The notes: generated by a model not told the origin, from the sequence alone. A stretch of DNA of 64,000 nucleotides from an uncultured Planctomycetota bacterium (GCA_963823665.1 CAWGMQ010000010.1:2208001-2272000); one strand, 5' to 3'; shown: positions 1 to 10,574, counted from the stretch's first letter. Made by a program: numbers and translations.

Positions 1-918
1 CGCGGCCCCCCGCCGATGCTCCGCGAGCAACGTTGCGGGGTCGATCTTGTGTTCGTAATTCAGGAAGAACAGATAGTTGCTCTGGATCGTTTTCGAGCCC
101 GGCCCCAGGCGCATCGCCTCGCGGTAACTGGCAAGTCCCTCGGCGATCCGCCCCTGCTTGGCGAGGAAATAGCCGTGATTTCCCCACAACTCGGCCGTGT
201 CGGGAATCAAACGGATCGCTTCGCGAAAGCTCGACTCCGCCTCCTCGAGCTCTCCGCGACGCCCAATGAGGCAACCTCGCCCGCAAAGCGCCTCCTCGAG
301 TCGAGGCTCAATCGCAAGCGCCCGGGTGTAGCAGGCCATGGCCTGATCGTTTTCGCCCATTTCCGCGAGGACGATCCCCAGGTTGGTGAAGGCCACGGCG
401 AAGGCCGGCTGGAGGCGGATTGCCTCGCGAAGGCTGGCCGCGGCCTCGGCCCACCGACCCTGCGCATTCAAGGCAAGGCCCAGGTTGTTGTGGGCCTCGG
501 CATAGTCGGGCCGGGCCTTGATGGTCTGCCGGAAGCACTCGATCGCTTCGTCCGCACGATCGACCTGCACCAGCGCGTTGCCCAGGTTGTTGCACGCCTC
601 CACGTAGTCGGGCCGCAGGCGCACCGCCTCGCGATAGCTTGATACGGCGTCATCGAGGCGGCCCAAGCTCTTGAGGACAATTCCGAGGTTGTTGTAGGCT
701 TCGACAAATCCCGGCTGCAGCTCGACGGCCCGCCGATGGGCCGCCGCGGCCTCTTCGAGCTTGCCCAGCTCCTGGCGCGCCCTTCCCAGCAGATACCATC
801 CTTGGGCCCGGTCGGGGCCATGCGCCAGGGCATCTTCGCAGGCCCGCTCCGCCCCGGAGAAATCACGAGCAAGCAAAAGCCGCACCCCCGCGGCAAATGC
901 CGCCTCGATCTCCGCCAT
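1..918 (-). CDS. TPR-repeat protein, probably SPINDLY/O-GlcNAc transferase-like (partial, runs off the left edge)
   Basis: Manual minus-strand translation from ATG 918 (GGAG 7 nt upstream): MAEIEAAFAAGVRLLLARDFSGAERACEDAL..., with repeated EAYNNLG/EACNNLGNAL/EAHNNLGLAL TPR units, then SNYLFFLNY..DPATLLAEHR, the linker typical before the GT41 domain. It is absent from the ORF track because it has no stop inside the window. Confidence 0.85.
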   Translation of the reverse strand, partial: MAEIEAAFAAGVRLLLARDFSGAERACEDALAHGPDRAQGWYLLGRARQELGKLEEAAAAHRRAVELQPGFVEAYNNLGIVLKSLGRLDDAVSSYREAVRLRPDYVEACNNLGNALVQVDRADEAIECFRQTIKARPDYAEAHNNLGLALNAQGRWAEAAASLREAIRLQPAFAVAFTNLGIVLAEMGENDQAMACYTRALAIEPRLEEALCGRGCLIGRRGELEEAESSFREAIRLIPDTAELWGNHGYFLAKQGRIAEGLASYREAMRLGPGSKTIQSNYLFFLNYEHKIDPATLLAEHRRGAA

Positions 919-1103
919 GATCATGCTCCGGAGCTGTGCTCGAACGTGGCTCGCGATTCCTGCCGCTGTTTTGTCCGCGCAATTGGGTTATTATTGAGCA
1001 TCCGGCTCGGCGAAAGAAGCCGGTTTTCCTTGTTCCCGCGCTCGGCGCAGAAACGAGGACCGGATAGGGGCACGCAGGATGTCGCAAAACGTGGGCCGCA
1101 CCC

Positions 1104-2415
1104 ATGCGCACCGTTCGCTTTCCAATCGCCGGACTCATGTGGGCCGTGGTGGTCGCGGCACTCGCCTTGGCGGCACTGCGGAACTCCTCGGACGTCTGGG
1201 CGGGCGCCACTTTCCTGGTCACTTGCGCCGTGCTCTGCCTGGCGATCGTCGGCATCGTCTGCCGTACGAATGAATCACGCGCGTGGTGGCTCGGCTTCGC
1301 ACTGTTCGGGTGGGGCTACCTGGCGCTGGCGTTCTGGTCGCCGCAAGCGCTGCCGACAACGCCCCTGCTCAGAGTGCTCGAAGCGCGTCTAGGCGCGACG
1401 CACGGGGTCGACGGCGGCCTGCGCAGCGTCATGCTGGCCGGAGGTTTCGGCGGTGCTTCCGGCGGCGGGCCGGACGAGCACTTTCAACAGATCGGCCACT
1501 GCCTCCTGGCCCTGCTGGCTGCTCTGCTGGGCGGAGTCATTTCGAGCATTCTGTTCGGCCGTCGAAGGGAACGCGACGAAAGCCGCGTTGACGGGCCACA
1601 GGCCCCGGCTCAAGCTCGCCGCGCAGTGGTGGCGCTGGCCGGCGGCGATCCTCGGTCTGTCCGCATTTGTGCTCATCGTGGTTCTCGGAGCCTTCGCCGC
1701 GAGATCGTCACCCGGATTCTGGGCCGGGGCCACGTTTTTCGCAACCTGCGGGCTGCTCGGCATCATCGTCCTGGGAGCCGTGAGCGCTCAGGGGAAGCGC
1801 CGCCAAGTCTGGATCGGGGCCGCACTTTTCGGTGTCGGCTACATGACCCTGGCGTTCGGCCGTTCCGCCGATTCGGACCCGCTGCTCGGTCTGCCGACCG
1901 ACCCGTTGCTGGCCTCCCTCCGCCGCTGGTTTCCGCCCATTGTCAGCGGTTACTCGACCTCTTCACCCAACGTCGATGCCGCGAACGCACGCATCGTTGA
2001 GGCGCTTGAGCAACCGGTCCCGGTGCACTTTGCGGACGAAACGTCACTGGAAGATGTGGTGAAATTCATCAAGTCCGCGACGCGGGGCTCCGCTGGCAAC
2101 GGCATTCCAATCTACGTCGACCCGCTCGGGCTTACTTATGCCGATAAGACCATGTTGTCCGGGGTCCGCGCCATTGACCTGGAAGGTGTCCCGCTCAGGA
2201 CAAGCTTGCAGCTCTGCCTCGAACAGCTCGATCTCAAGTACGCCGTCCGGGACGGTCTGCTTCGGATCACCTCGTCGGATAGCGAGTTGCATCATCCATT
2301 CTATCATGATTCCTTCATGATCGTCGGACATTGCCTGCTTGCCTTGCTCTCGGCCGGGCTCGGTGCCATGGTGGCCCCGCTCGTGCCGGGCAAGCACCGT
2401 GAGATGGCAACGTGA
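1104..2415 (+). CDS. Multi-pass membrane protein with an internal duplication and an STN/secretin-N-like insert (frameshift at about 1600-1625)
   Basis: ORFs 1104..2000 and 1453..2415 each contain one copy of the same unit (WAGATF..TC..L...W.G.ALFG.GY..LAF...GHCLLALL.A.LG). Joining them needs one frame change. Confidence 0.7.
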
Positions 2416-2489
2416 GTTATCCAAGGCGAGGCCGCACAAGCACGGCTCGGTTCCAGGCCAGTGCCGACCGGTCGGTTAGCTCATTCGCG

Positions 2490-3413
2490 TCACTTCTTCT
2501 CACCCGACTTGGGATCGTCATCCTTCCTGAGCTTCAACATCGCGGTCGTTTCGCGGTCCTCGGTAATCTGCCGGCCGCTGACTGTCACCGTCGTCGACAA
2601 TTTCTGAAACATGTCCGATTCCCTCAGGATGCCGACCGAGTTGGCAAAGCGGTAGTGCCCCCTCGAATCCTGCGACGTCACCTTGTATTCCACCGGCAGG
2701 CCCTTGGTGGGCTCGATTTGCACCTTCACATCGATCCCGACATTCTCGATCGGGCCTGCTGGCGCCTCGAGCTTGTACGTGATGTCCATGACCATTGTTC
2801 CGTAGTTCACCGGCAGCTCGCGGGCCCCTTGCCATGAGTCGCCTTGCTCGATCGCCGTCTTCGGAAAAGGCACAAAGATCTGTGCGGCCAAGTCTTTAAG
2901 GCTCTGTTCGCTCCCGAGCATGACCCCGGACGGACCTGCGTCCTTTATGGCCTGCACGATGTTCCCTGGGATCGCAAAGTCGTGGATCTCTCCCAGCGGT
3001 GTGATCGTCATCGTGATCGAAGTTCCGGCAACCGTCCTGAACAGGTTTGCCATCGCCGCTGGTAGGTTCGACGGATCTTGGCCGTTCGCAGTATCCATCG
3101 TTCCCACACGGTCGGGCGGCGACAACGACTCGAACCGAAACCGGTCGATTGTCTGCACCATTCGCGCATTGCCATCCTTGTCGACGCTTTTGACTTCCCA
3201 CGTCATTTCCGCTGTTTGCCTGAAGCTCTGCTCACGCTTCTTACCCATCATCTCGACCGTCGTCGACGTCGTCTGAGTCAAAACGTAACCGAGCTTCTGG
3301 CCCGCCCGAAAATTCAAACGGAGCGTCTTGTCGACACTCGCCAATGCCGCCACAGCCCCGAGCATCGCGATCGTCAGAAACGCAAGGCATACGCCGAACC
3401 CTGACCTCTTCAT
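2490..3413 (-). CDS. Secreted protein, DUF6263-like
   Basis: Signal peptide MKRSGFGVCLAFLTIAMLGAVAALA, then LRLNFRAGQKLGY...MTWEVKSVDKDGNA...FPKTAIEQGDSW, a pattern typical of this family. Confidence 0.7.
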   Translation of the reverse strand: MKRSGFGVCLAFLTIAMLGAVAALASVDKTLRLNFRAGQKLGYVLTQTTSTTVEMMGKKREQSFRQTAEMTWEVKSVDKDGNARMVQTIDRFRFESLSPPDRVGTMDTANGQDPSNLPAAMANLFRTVAGTSITMTITPLGEIHDFAIPGNIVQAIKDAGPSGVMLGSEQSLKDLAAQIFVPFPKTAIEQGDSWQGARELPVNYGTMVMDITYKLEAPAGPIENVGIDVKVQIEPTKGLPVEYKVTSQDSRGHYRFANSVGILRESDMFQKLSTTVTVSGRQITEDRETTAMLKLRKDDDPKSGEKK

Positions 3414-3689
3414 CGCACCCCCCCGTTAGCGACCCATTCGCTGGTTGCGACCGCAACGCAAATTGAGACCCCGAGGAAATCATCGCGACTTTTCCCCGGA
3501 CTCTTCTCACTCTAATCGGCTATTCGTGATTCCGGAAGTGCGAGGCTGGCCCGGTGAAACGTTGGTCTTGGCGGGTCAAAGCGTTCATCCCGGTCTCGAA
3601 GCGAGAGAGTGTCTTCTCCGTCGCGCCCCGTCGGGGAAGAAGAGCATCCGAGGCCACGCGCCAGACATCGGGACAAGCATCTCCTTCTT

Positions 3690-3718
3690 CTTTGTTGCCT
3701 TCGTTACCTTTTGTTCAA
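3690..3718. repeat. Short intergenic REP-like element with 9-nt periodicity (CTTTGTTGC CTTCGTTAC CTTTTGTTCAA)
   Basis: Three imperfect 9-mer units ending in TGTTCAA. Resembles dispersed intergenic repeats of PVC-superphylum genomes (from memory). Only one copy in this window. Confidence 0.35.
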
Positions 3719-4054
3719 TGACTTATGGAATCGCGGGTCGAACTCGCATCGATTCGGACGGGCCCGTCGAAGAGACATTGGTCTTATCGCGTTCCGGAAT
3801 CGCTGTCCATCACATGACTCGGTTGTCTGGCGGTTACACGCTGGTGAGGCACGGTTTCCTCGCTGCGCCCCGCCCCGGGGACTCGGGACGAAGGTGCCCG
3901 GCGTCTCGCGATCCGAAAGGATGGAATAATTCCCGAGGCGTCGAGAATTCTCCGCCACTTCAGCCTCCTTCGGTCACTATAATCGAGCGTTGTGTTGACG
4001 CCAATGTCGGAGAAGATTACCACTGCCTCAACCGAATTTCGTGGGACTCCGCGA

Positions 4055-4885
4055 ATGGCTCGGAATCTTTTGATCGCAGGCGCGATTTTGCTCACATCGG
4101 GCTGCGGCGGGTCGCAGCCGTTGCCAGGGCCACGCGCGGGACCACCGGACCACGCGACCGATGCCCGGTCGCCCGCCACTGTGGGCAAAGACAAGCAGAA
4201 CTCCGCCGAACCCAAAGCGAGCTCTGCCACTCCCAAAATCCAGTCAGCCGATGTGAAACCGCAAGCCGGATCGACTCGAATCGACGCCATCGGCCCCCGC
4301 GCTGCTCCGGTCGACCTCAACCAGGACAAGCCCACGTTCTACCCGGTTCTCCGAAACTTCAAGGATGGGGATTTCTTCACTCAGAAAGTCGTGTACATCC
4401 AGGTCGCCCCCGGACTCGGAGTTTTTGCGTGCCGCAGGATCAATAGCCCGGATGGAAGAACACGGATCGACTATGTTATGAAGAATCAACTCGCGGGCTA
4501 CGGCCTCGACACGTCGAAGTTAATCGAGCTGTGTTACGAGAATTTCTTCAAAGCAAAGATCGAGGTCAAGACACTCGAGCAGGGTGACGACGTGATGTTG
4601 AGTTTCTCGAGCGCCGGGCGATTAGTGGCCGCCATCGTGGGTCACTCCTCGACACTTGAGAACCTTTCGAAAATGCTCGACTCGGAGTCGATCGCCATCT
4701 TGATCGACAGCCCGGACATCCTGCTGGCAACGATCCCGGGAAACAGCTTCGAGACGAAATTCTACGAAATCGCCAAGAAGAGTCGGCACAAGAACGACGC
4801 TCTTAATCTCGACCCGGCGGTGTACCATTGGACGAAGAGAGACGGCTTGAAAGCAGTTTCGCAAGCGAGAGAAACACGAAATTGA
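4055..4885 (+). CDS. Hypothetical lipoprotein
   Basis: From ATG 4055: MARNLLIAGAILLTSG-C (lipobox), a Pro/Ala-rich linker, then a globular domain. Lies within ORF 3992..4885. Confidence 0.7.
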   Translation: MARNLLIAGAILLTSGCGGSQPLPGPRAGPPDHATDARSPATVGKDKQNSAEPKASSATPKIQSADVKPQAGSTRIDAIGPRAAPVDLNQDKPTFYPVLRNFKDGDFFTQKVVYIQVAPGLGVFACRRINSPDGRTRIDYVMKNQLAGYGLDTSKLIELCYENFFKAKIEVKTLEQGDDVMLSFSSAGRLVAAIVGHSSTLENLSKMLDSESIAILIDSPDILLATIPGNSFETKFYEIAKKSRHKNDALNLDPAVYHWTKRDGLKAVSQARETRN

Positions 4886-4967
4886 GAGCAAGCGATCAGA
4901 CATCAACCATGAAAGGCCCCGCTGCGCGAGTCACCGCCCGGCAAGCACACACCGGAGGTCTTTTCGC

Positions 4968-6128
4968 TTGATCGACCCTCGCTTGATCCTGGGTACCGCC
5001 GCGGCCGGGATGTCTCTCCTGGTGGCCGTGCTGTTCGTGGCCGCCCTCAAACGCTGGACTTGGCACTCACAGCCACGGTCCAGCGCCTCGTCGCGCGCGG
5101 TCAAGGTCTCGGTCATCATGCCCGCTCGCAATGAAGCGGCGGATATCGGACGCTCGATCGAGTCGCTGCTCGCTCAGCAAGACGTTGACTTGGAGTTGAT
5201 CGTCGTGAACGACCACTCCACCGATCGGACCGGCGAAATTGCCGAGGCAGCCGCGCGAGCGGATGGCCGCGTCCGGGTCATTCACAACCCCGAGCTGCCC
5301 CCGGGCTGGCTGGGAAAATGCAACGCCATGCAGCAGGCTGCCGCGCTCGCCGGCGGCGATCTCCTTCTCTTCACCGACGCCGATATCATCCACGAGCCGC
5401 GTGCTCTGGCAACCGGCTTGGTTGAGCTCGAGAACCGAGGTCTTGACTTCTTGAGCCTGTTTCCGCGCATGGACACAATCTCGCTCTGGGAAAACATCGT
5501 CGTGCCCACATTCATTGGCGGGCTGGCGTTGCTCGCCACGCCGGGCATCGAGGATCCAAAATCGGGCGAGGCGCTCGGCGCCGGCGCATTCCTCCTGATC
5601 CGCGCCCCGGTCTTTCGGGCCATCGGCGGCTTCGAGCCGGTCCGTGGCGAGATGGCCGACGACCTGGAGCTCACACGATTGGTCAAGTCAAAGGGCTACC
5701 GGGTCGGATTTCGCTTCGCGCCCGAGTTCCTCCACGTGCGAATCTACAAGGGCGACCGTCACGCATTCTGGGCGATGACCAAGAACGTTCTCATTGGCAT
5801 TCAGGGTCGATTGTGGCTCGCGCCCGCCGTCATGATCCTGCCGATCTTCGGCTTCTGGACGCCTCTTTATTGCGCAATTGCCGGATTGATCGAGGCCGAT
5901 GCGCGGCTGACCCTGGTCGGAGCAGCCGGTTATCTCATTCCCTATGCATCCATGTGGTCCAGCCGCCGGCTCTTTCCGTTCCATCCGCTCAAGGCCCTCC
6001 TCTACCCGCTGGTCGCCATTCCGGTGATCTGTTGCATGGCCCGTGCTCTCTTCCTGTATCTGGTTCGAGGCGAGGTGGCCTGGCGCGGCCGCTCGATCCG
6101 CGTGCGCGACAGCCTCCAGACGAAGTAG
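4968..6128 (+). CDS. Family 2 glycosyltransferase (HpnB/CrtQ-like, membrane bound)
   Basis: VSVIMPARNE, VVNDHSTDRT, PPGWLGKCNA, FTDAD (DxD motif), ADDLEL, C-terminal TM helices and VAWRGR. Confidence 0.9.
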   Translation: MIDPRLILGTAAAGMSLLVAVLFVAALKRWTWHSQPRSSASSRAVKVSVIMPARNEAADIGRSIESLLAQQDVDLELIVVNDHSTDRTGEIAEAAARADGRVRVIHNPELPPGWLGKCNAMQQAAALAGGDLLLFTDADIIHEPRALATGLVELENRGLDFLSLFPRMDTISLWENIVVPTFIGGLALLATPGIEDPKSGEALGAGAFLLIRAPVFRAIGGFEPVRGEMADDLELTRLVKSKGYRVGFRFAPEFLHVRIYKGDRHAFWAMTKNVLIGIQGRLWLAPAVMILPIFGFWTPLYCAIAGLIEADARLTLVGAAGYLIPYASMWSSRRLFPFHPLKALLYPLVAIPVICCMARALFLYLVRGEVAWRGRSIRVRDSLQTK

Positions 6129-6158
6129 TCTCTTTTTCGGTTTTTCGCTGTCGCACTC

Positions 6159-9100
6159 TTGGTTCTTGTTTCGATTCCCGCGCGTCGTTACGCTCACCCG
6201 ATGGCACACTCCTGTAAGTCTGCGTTCGTTACCGAAGGTCGCAGCCGCTGGCGCTCGCGAACTTTGTTTTCCAGCATCGGCCGCCACATCCGCTTGTTCC
6301 TCGTCTTCGGGCTGCTCAATGCCTTCTTCGTGGTAGGCCCCGCCATAGCGCAGGGCGGCGCCCGAAATCAGGTCGATAAGCCCTCGCCGTCGCGGCCGCT
6401 CGAATCGTGGGCCGACCCAATTTTGAAAGTCACTCGAGGGCTCGTGCTCTGGCTCGACGCCGGGCGGTTGAATGCCGCCCGCAAGTGGTACGGCCGTGCC
6501 GATGTGGCTGACGGCAGCCGCGTCAACACCTGGTACGACAGCTCAGGCAACGGCCGCCATCTCGCTCAGATTCATCCGGAAGCGCAGCCGCTCTATCTGG
6601 CAGGTGCACTAAGATTCAATGGCACGTCGACGTTTCTGGAGCGAGCGGGCGCGGCGGCCAGGCTCGAGGATTTCACGCTCTTCATTGTCGCAGCCCCCTT
6701 CTCGAACGCCGGTGGCTACCGCGGCTTTCTCGCTACGCACGAACAGGGAGAGGTCGATTTCACAAGCGGCGTGACAGTCGACATGGGTGCAGCCTTCACC
6801 ATGAAATTCGAGTCACTGAACGTCGAGGGCGAGGGATTCGGGGGAGAACGAAGCCTGCTAGCCGATCCGTCCAGTTTCGGCGTCGTGCGCCAGATGGTCG
6901 TCACGTCATCGGCCCGTCTGCGCGCGACCAAGCTCGACATGGACGGCAAACCGGCCCGGGCGCGCGACCGCATGGCATCGATCCTCGACGTCGACCGCAT
7001 CGTCGTCGGCGCGCGTTACTTCGGCCCTCGTCCTGCGATTCAAGGCTTCCTCGACGGTGACATCCTGCAAATTCTGGTCTACGACCGCGTGCTCGATTAT
7101 GCCGAGCGGAAGCAGGTCGAGAGCTACCTCGCCGCGCGCACCGGCGGGAGCGGCCCGATCACGCGTCCGCTTCCATCAAAACCCGGCAAGCCGCTGGTCT
7201 CCGTCGCCAACCCGCCGCCGGTCCAGATGCTCGTTCTCGGTTTCGTCGCCCGCCAATTGCCCGTCGATCTGACGAACATCAACAACGTCAAGTATCGCGC
7301 CGACGGCAAGCTCGTCGCCCTTTCCTATTCGGGTGACATCAACCTTCTCTCCGATGCCGACGGCGACGGCCTCGAGGAAACAATCGATCGCTTCTGGAAG
7401 AACAAGGGAAGCCTGGTCGCACCCATCGGCATGGCGCTCTCCCCCAAGGGCAGCCGATATGGTGAGGGCGTCTTCATCGCATCAAAGGGGAAGGTATCGC
7501 TCATCGTCGATCCCGACGGCGACGGCAAGGCTAACGCGGAGATCAGCGTCGCGCAGGGCTGGAAGGAACTGCCGCACGGAGTCGATGCACTGGGCGTGGC
7601 GCTCGACGAAGCCGGTAACGTCTACTTCGGTCTGGGCACACCTGACTTCACCAATGCGTATGAGATCGACAGTTCCGGCCGGCCCAATTACAACCTCAAG
7701 AACGAGCACGGCACGATCCAGCGAGTCTCACTTGATTTCAGCAAGCGCGAGATCATCGCTACGGGTATTCGTTTTCCCGTCGCCCTCGCGTTCAATCGCC
7801 AGGGCGACCTTTTCGCGACCGACCAGGAAGGCGCAACCTGGCTCGCCAATGGCAACCCGTTCGACGAGCTCCTGCACATCCAGCCCGGCCGCCACTACGG
7901 CTTCCCGCCTCGCCACCCCAAACACCTTCCGTCGGTGATCGACGAGCCAAGTGTTTTTGATTACGGGCCGCAGCACCAGTCGACGTGCGGCCTGAATTTC
8001 GACGAGCCGGTGAACGGCGGCCCGATCTTCGGCCCGCCCCAGTGGGCCGGGGATGCGCTCGTCACCGGCTACTCGCGCGGCAAACTCTTCCGCACGAAGC
8101 TCGTCAAGACGCCGAGCGGATACGTCGCCCAGAACCAGCTTCTGGCCGTGCTCAACATGCTCGCAGCGGATGCCTGCGTCTCGCCGCACGGAGACCTGAT
8201 CGTCGCCGTTCACAGCGGCTTCCCCGACTGGGGCAGCGGCCCCAAGGGTAAGGGCAAGCTCTACAAGATCGAATACCGCGACCACGACGTGCCTCAACCC
8301 GTGCTCGCGTGGGCCCAGGGCCCGCAGGAGGCACGCATCGCCTTCGACCGCCCGCTCGATCCGAGACGATTGACCGACCTGACTCGCTCGATCTCCATTG
8401 AATACGGCGCGAGCGTGCGCCCCGGCGATCGGTTCGAATCGCTGCGGCCCGGCTACGAGGTCGTGGCCCGGCAGTTGGCCTCACCCCGATCCGAGCTGCC
8501 GGTCCTCTCGGCCCAGATTTCCGGCGACCTGCGCACCCTCTTGCTCACCACTACGCCGCACCCGGAGGCAACGTCTTACGCGATCACCCTGCCGGGTCTG
8601 GCGTCCCCGAATTCGCCAAAAGCCCGGCCGCGCGACCTGCCGCAAGTCGCTGGCGTCGAGCTCGGCTACGATCTCTATGGCGTTCTGGCAACGTGGCATC
8701 CCGCATCGGGCGGCCAGAACTGGACCGGCTGGTTGCCGCACCTGAACCTCGCCGTCGCCAGAGCCTTCACGGCCGGGAGTGCGGAACACGACCGTCTCTG
8801 GGACGCGATCAAGCTCCCCGGCCGCCTGACGTTGGTCACCAACCTCGATCTCTGGCACATGCTGCGCCCGGCAACTCAGCCCGGCTCGACGATCGACTAC
8901 TCCCTGCCGCAAGAAGTTGTGTCGCTGGAATTTTCAACCACCAGCCCGCTCGTCGTGAGCGTGCCATCCGGCATGGTGACCCCGGCGGGCCGTCACCGCT
9001 TTCGGGTGACCGTCAAGCCGAAGGAGCGGCAGCCGGCCCGGATCGAGATGTCCCTCGAAACATCCGGCCACCCGGCGCTCGAGGTGTCGTATACAACCCA

Positions 9101-10412
9101 GGAAGACAATCGCCCGCGAGCGCTGCCGCTCAGGAGGTTCGTGCTGCCCTGGGCCAGTGTCGAAAAGCAGACGGACGCAACGCCCGAGCGTGACCTCGCC
9201 GAGTTGAAGGATGGCGACTGGGGTCGAGGACGCAGCCTGTTCTACGGCGAGCAATCGAAGTGCTCATCGTGCCACAAAGTCCGCGGCCGCGGCGGCGAGA
9301 TCGGTCCGGACCTCTCCAACTTGGTGCACCGCGACTATGCGTCGGTGTTCCGCGACATCCACACGCCCGCCGCGGCCATCAATCCCGATTTTATCGCCCA
9401 CACGGTGGCGCTCGCTGACGGGCGAGTCTTGAGCGGCACGATTCGCACCGACGGCACGCGCATGATCGTCGGTGACACCACGGGCCGCACGACGATCTTC
9501 GACCGCGCCGCCGTCGAGTCGACGTCACCCTCCTCCGTCTCGATCATGCCCGAAGGCCTGGACACCGCGCTCGGCCCGGAACGGCTGCGAGACTTGCTCA
9601 CCTTCCTGTTGACTGACCCGCTTGTTCCGGCAGCGCTCGAACACGACGGCCCCCCTCCACCGCGCCGCCGAGCAGAGCTTGAGGCAGTCCTCAAAGGCAG
9701 CGTGCCGGTCGAGAATCCCAAGCGCCTTCGAGTCGTCCTCGCCGCCGGCCCGAAGGACCACGGACCGGGAGAGCACGATTATCCCCTCTGGCTCAAGCGT
9801 TGGAGCGCACTGCTGGCGACAGACCAATCCCTGAGCATCGAAACCGCGAACGGCTGGCCTTCCCCAAAGCAGCTCGAAGAGGCCGACGTGATCGCCTTCT
9901 ACTCGAACAACCCCGGCTGGGACGCCGCCAAGGCGGCCGCGCTCGATCGATTCTTCGCGCGCGGTGGCGGCGTAGTCCTGATCCACTACGCGGTCGACGG
10001 CCACGAGGCCGTGAACGAGCTCGCCGACCGCATCGGCCTGGCATGGCAACGCGGAAAGTCGGCATTCCGCCACGGACCGCTTGAGATCGATTTCTCAAAA
10101 TCCAAGCACCCGATCACGCGAGGGTTCGAGAAACTCAGGCTCCTCGACGAGAGCTACTTGAACTTGGTCGGCGACGCCGCGTCCGTCGATTTGATCGGAA
10201 CGGGCGTCGAAGACGGCCAGCCGCGTCCGCTCTTCTGGTCTCGCCAAGCAGGCGCCGGACGCGTGTTCGTGAGCATCCCGGGCCATTTCACGTGGACGTT
10301 CGACGACCCGCTGTTCCGCATCCTGATCCTCCGCGGCATCGCCTGGACCGCAAAGGAACCAGTCGACCGCTTCAACGAGCTGGCGACACTGGGAGCCAGG
10401 ATGACCGAGTGA
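6159..10412 (+). CDS. Large secreted multidomain protein: LamG-like + sugar-dehydrogenase-like beta-propeller + c-type heme (CxxCH) + ThuA-like domain
   Basis: LVLWLDA..WYDSSGNGRH..GDILQILVYDRVL (LamG-like); ATGIRFPVALAFN..DQEG (propeller); CSSCHKV..IGPDLS..SIMPEGL (PVC-type heme domain); GPKDHGPGEHDY..GRVFVSIPGH (ThuA). The start may be ATG 6201. Confidence 0.85.
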   Translation: MVLVSIPARRYAHPMAHSCKSAFVTEGRSRWRSRTLFSSIGRHIRLFLVFGLLNAFFVVGPAIAQGGARNQVDKPSPSRPLESWADPILKVTRGLVLWLDAGRLNAARKWYGRADVADGSRVNTWYDSSGNGRHLAQIHPEAQPLYLAGALRFNGTSTFLERAGAAARLEDFTLFIVAAPFSNAGGYRGFLATHEQGEVDFTSGVTVDMGAAFTMKFESLNVEGEGFGGERSLLADPSSFGVVRQMVVTSSARLRATKLDMDGKPARARDRMASILDVDRIVVGARYFGPRPAIQGFLDGDILQILVYDRVLDYAERKQVESYLAARTGGSGPITRPLPSKPGKPLVSVANPPPVQMLVLGFVARQLPVDLTNINNVKYRADGKLVALSYSGDINLLSDADGDGLEETIDRFWKNKGSLVAPIGMALSPKGSRYGEGVFIASKGKVSLIVDPDGDGKANAEISVAQGWKELPHGVDALGVALDEAGNVYFGLGTPDFTNAYEIDSSGRPNYNLKNEHGTIQRVSLDFSKREIIATGIRFPVALAFNRQGDLFATDQEGATWLANGNPFDELLHIQPGRHYGFPPRHPKHLPSVIDEPSVFDYGPQHQSTCGLNFDEPVNGGPIFGPPQWAGDALVTGYSRGKLFRTKLVKTPSGYVAQNQLLAVLNMLAADACVSPHGDLIVAVHSGFPDWGSGPKGKGKLYKIEYRDHDVPQPVLAWAQGPQEARIAFDRPLDPRRLTDLTRSISIEYGASVRPGDRFESLRPGYEVVARQLASPRSELPVLSAQISGDLRTLLLTTTPHPEATSYAITLPGLASPNSPKARPRDLPQVAGVELGYDLYGVLATWHPASGGQNWTGWLPHLNLAVARAFTAGSAEHDRLWDAIKLPGRLTLVTNLDLWHMLRPATQPGSTIDYSLPQEVVSLEFSTTSPLVVSVPSGMVTPAGRHRFRVTVKPKERQPARIEMSLETSGHPALEVSYTTQEDNRPRALPLRRFVLPWASVEKQTDATPERDLAELKDGDWGRGRSLFYGEQSKCSSCHKVRGRGGEIGPDLSNLVHRDYASVFRDIHTPAAAINPDFIAHTVALADGRVLSGTIRTDGTRMIVGDTTGRTTIFDRAAVESTSPSSVSIMPEGLDTALGPERLRDLLTFLLTDPLVPAALEHDGPPPPRRRAELEAVLKGSVPVENPKRLRVVLAAGPKDHGPGEHDYPLWLKRWSALLATDQSLSIETANGWPSPKQLEEADVIAFYSNNPGWDAAKAAALDRFFARGGGVVLIHYAVDGHEAVNELADRIGLAWQRGKSAFRHGPLEIDFSKSKHPITRGFEKLRLLDESYLNLVGDAASVDLIGTGVEDGQPRPLFWSRQAGAGRVFVSIPGHFTWTFDDPLFRILILRGIAWTAKEPVDRFNELATLGARMTE

Positions 10413-10504
10413 TTTCTACCCGCGCTGTCCCGAGCGTGTCCCCGAGTTCATCGTGCGACACGATCCGCTAACCGTTGAGGAATCCGAGGCGACGACTTGA
10501 CGCT

Positions 10505-10539
10505 CCCTCTCCCTCTGGGAGAGGGCCGGGGTGAGGGGG
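10505..10539. repeat. REP-like palindromic element between convergent genes
   Basis: CCCTCTCCCTCTGGGAGAGGG forms a perfect 9-bp stem and is followed by CCGGGGTGAGGGG. This matches the widespread CCCTCACCCC..CCCTCTCCC..GGGAGAGGG intergenic repeat type. Confidence 0.75.
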
Positions 10540-10574
10540 CTCGCGCACACGAATGCACTTCGCAGACAGGCGGC

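Noticed and set aside
16..1392. Plus-strand ORFs 16..642 and 736..1392
   Set aside because: Shadows of the minus-strand TPR gene and the membrane-protein gene.
3445..4446. 333-aa plus-strand ORF
   Set aside because: Not protein-like; it spans an intergenic region and overlaps the lipoprotein gene out of frame.
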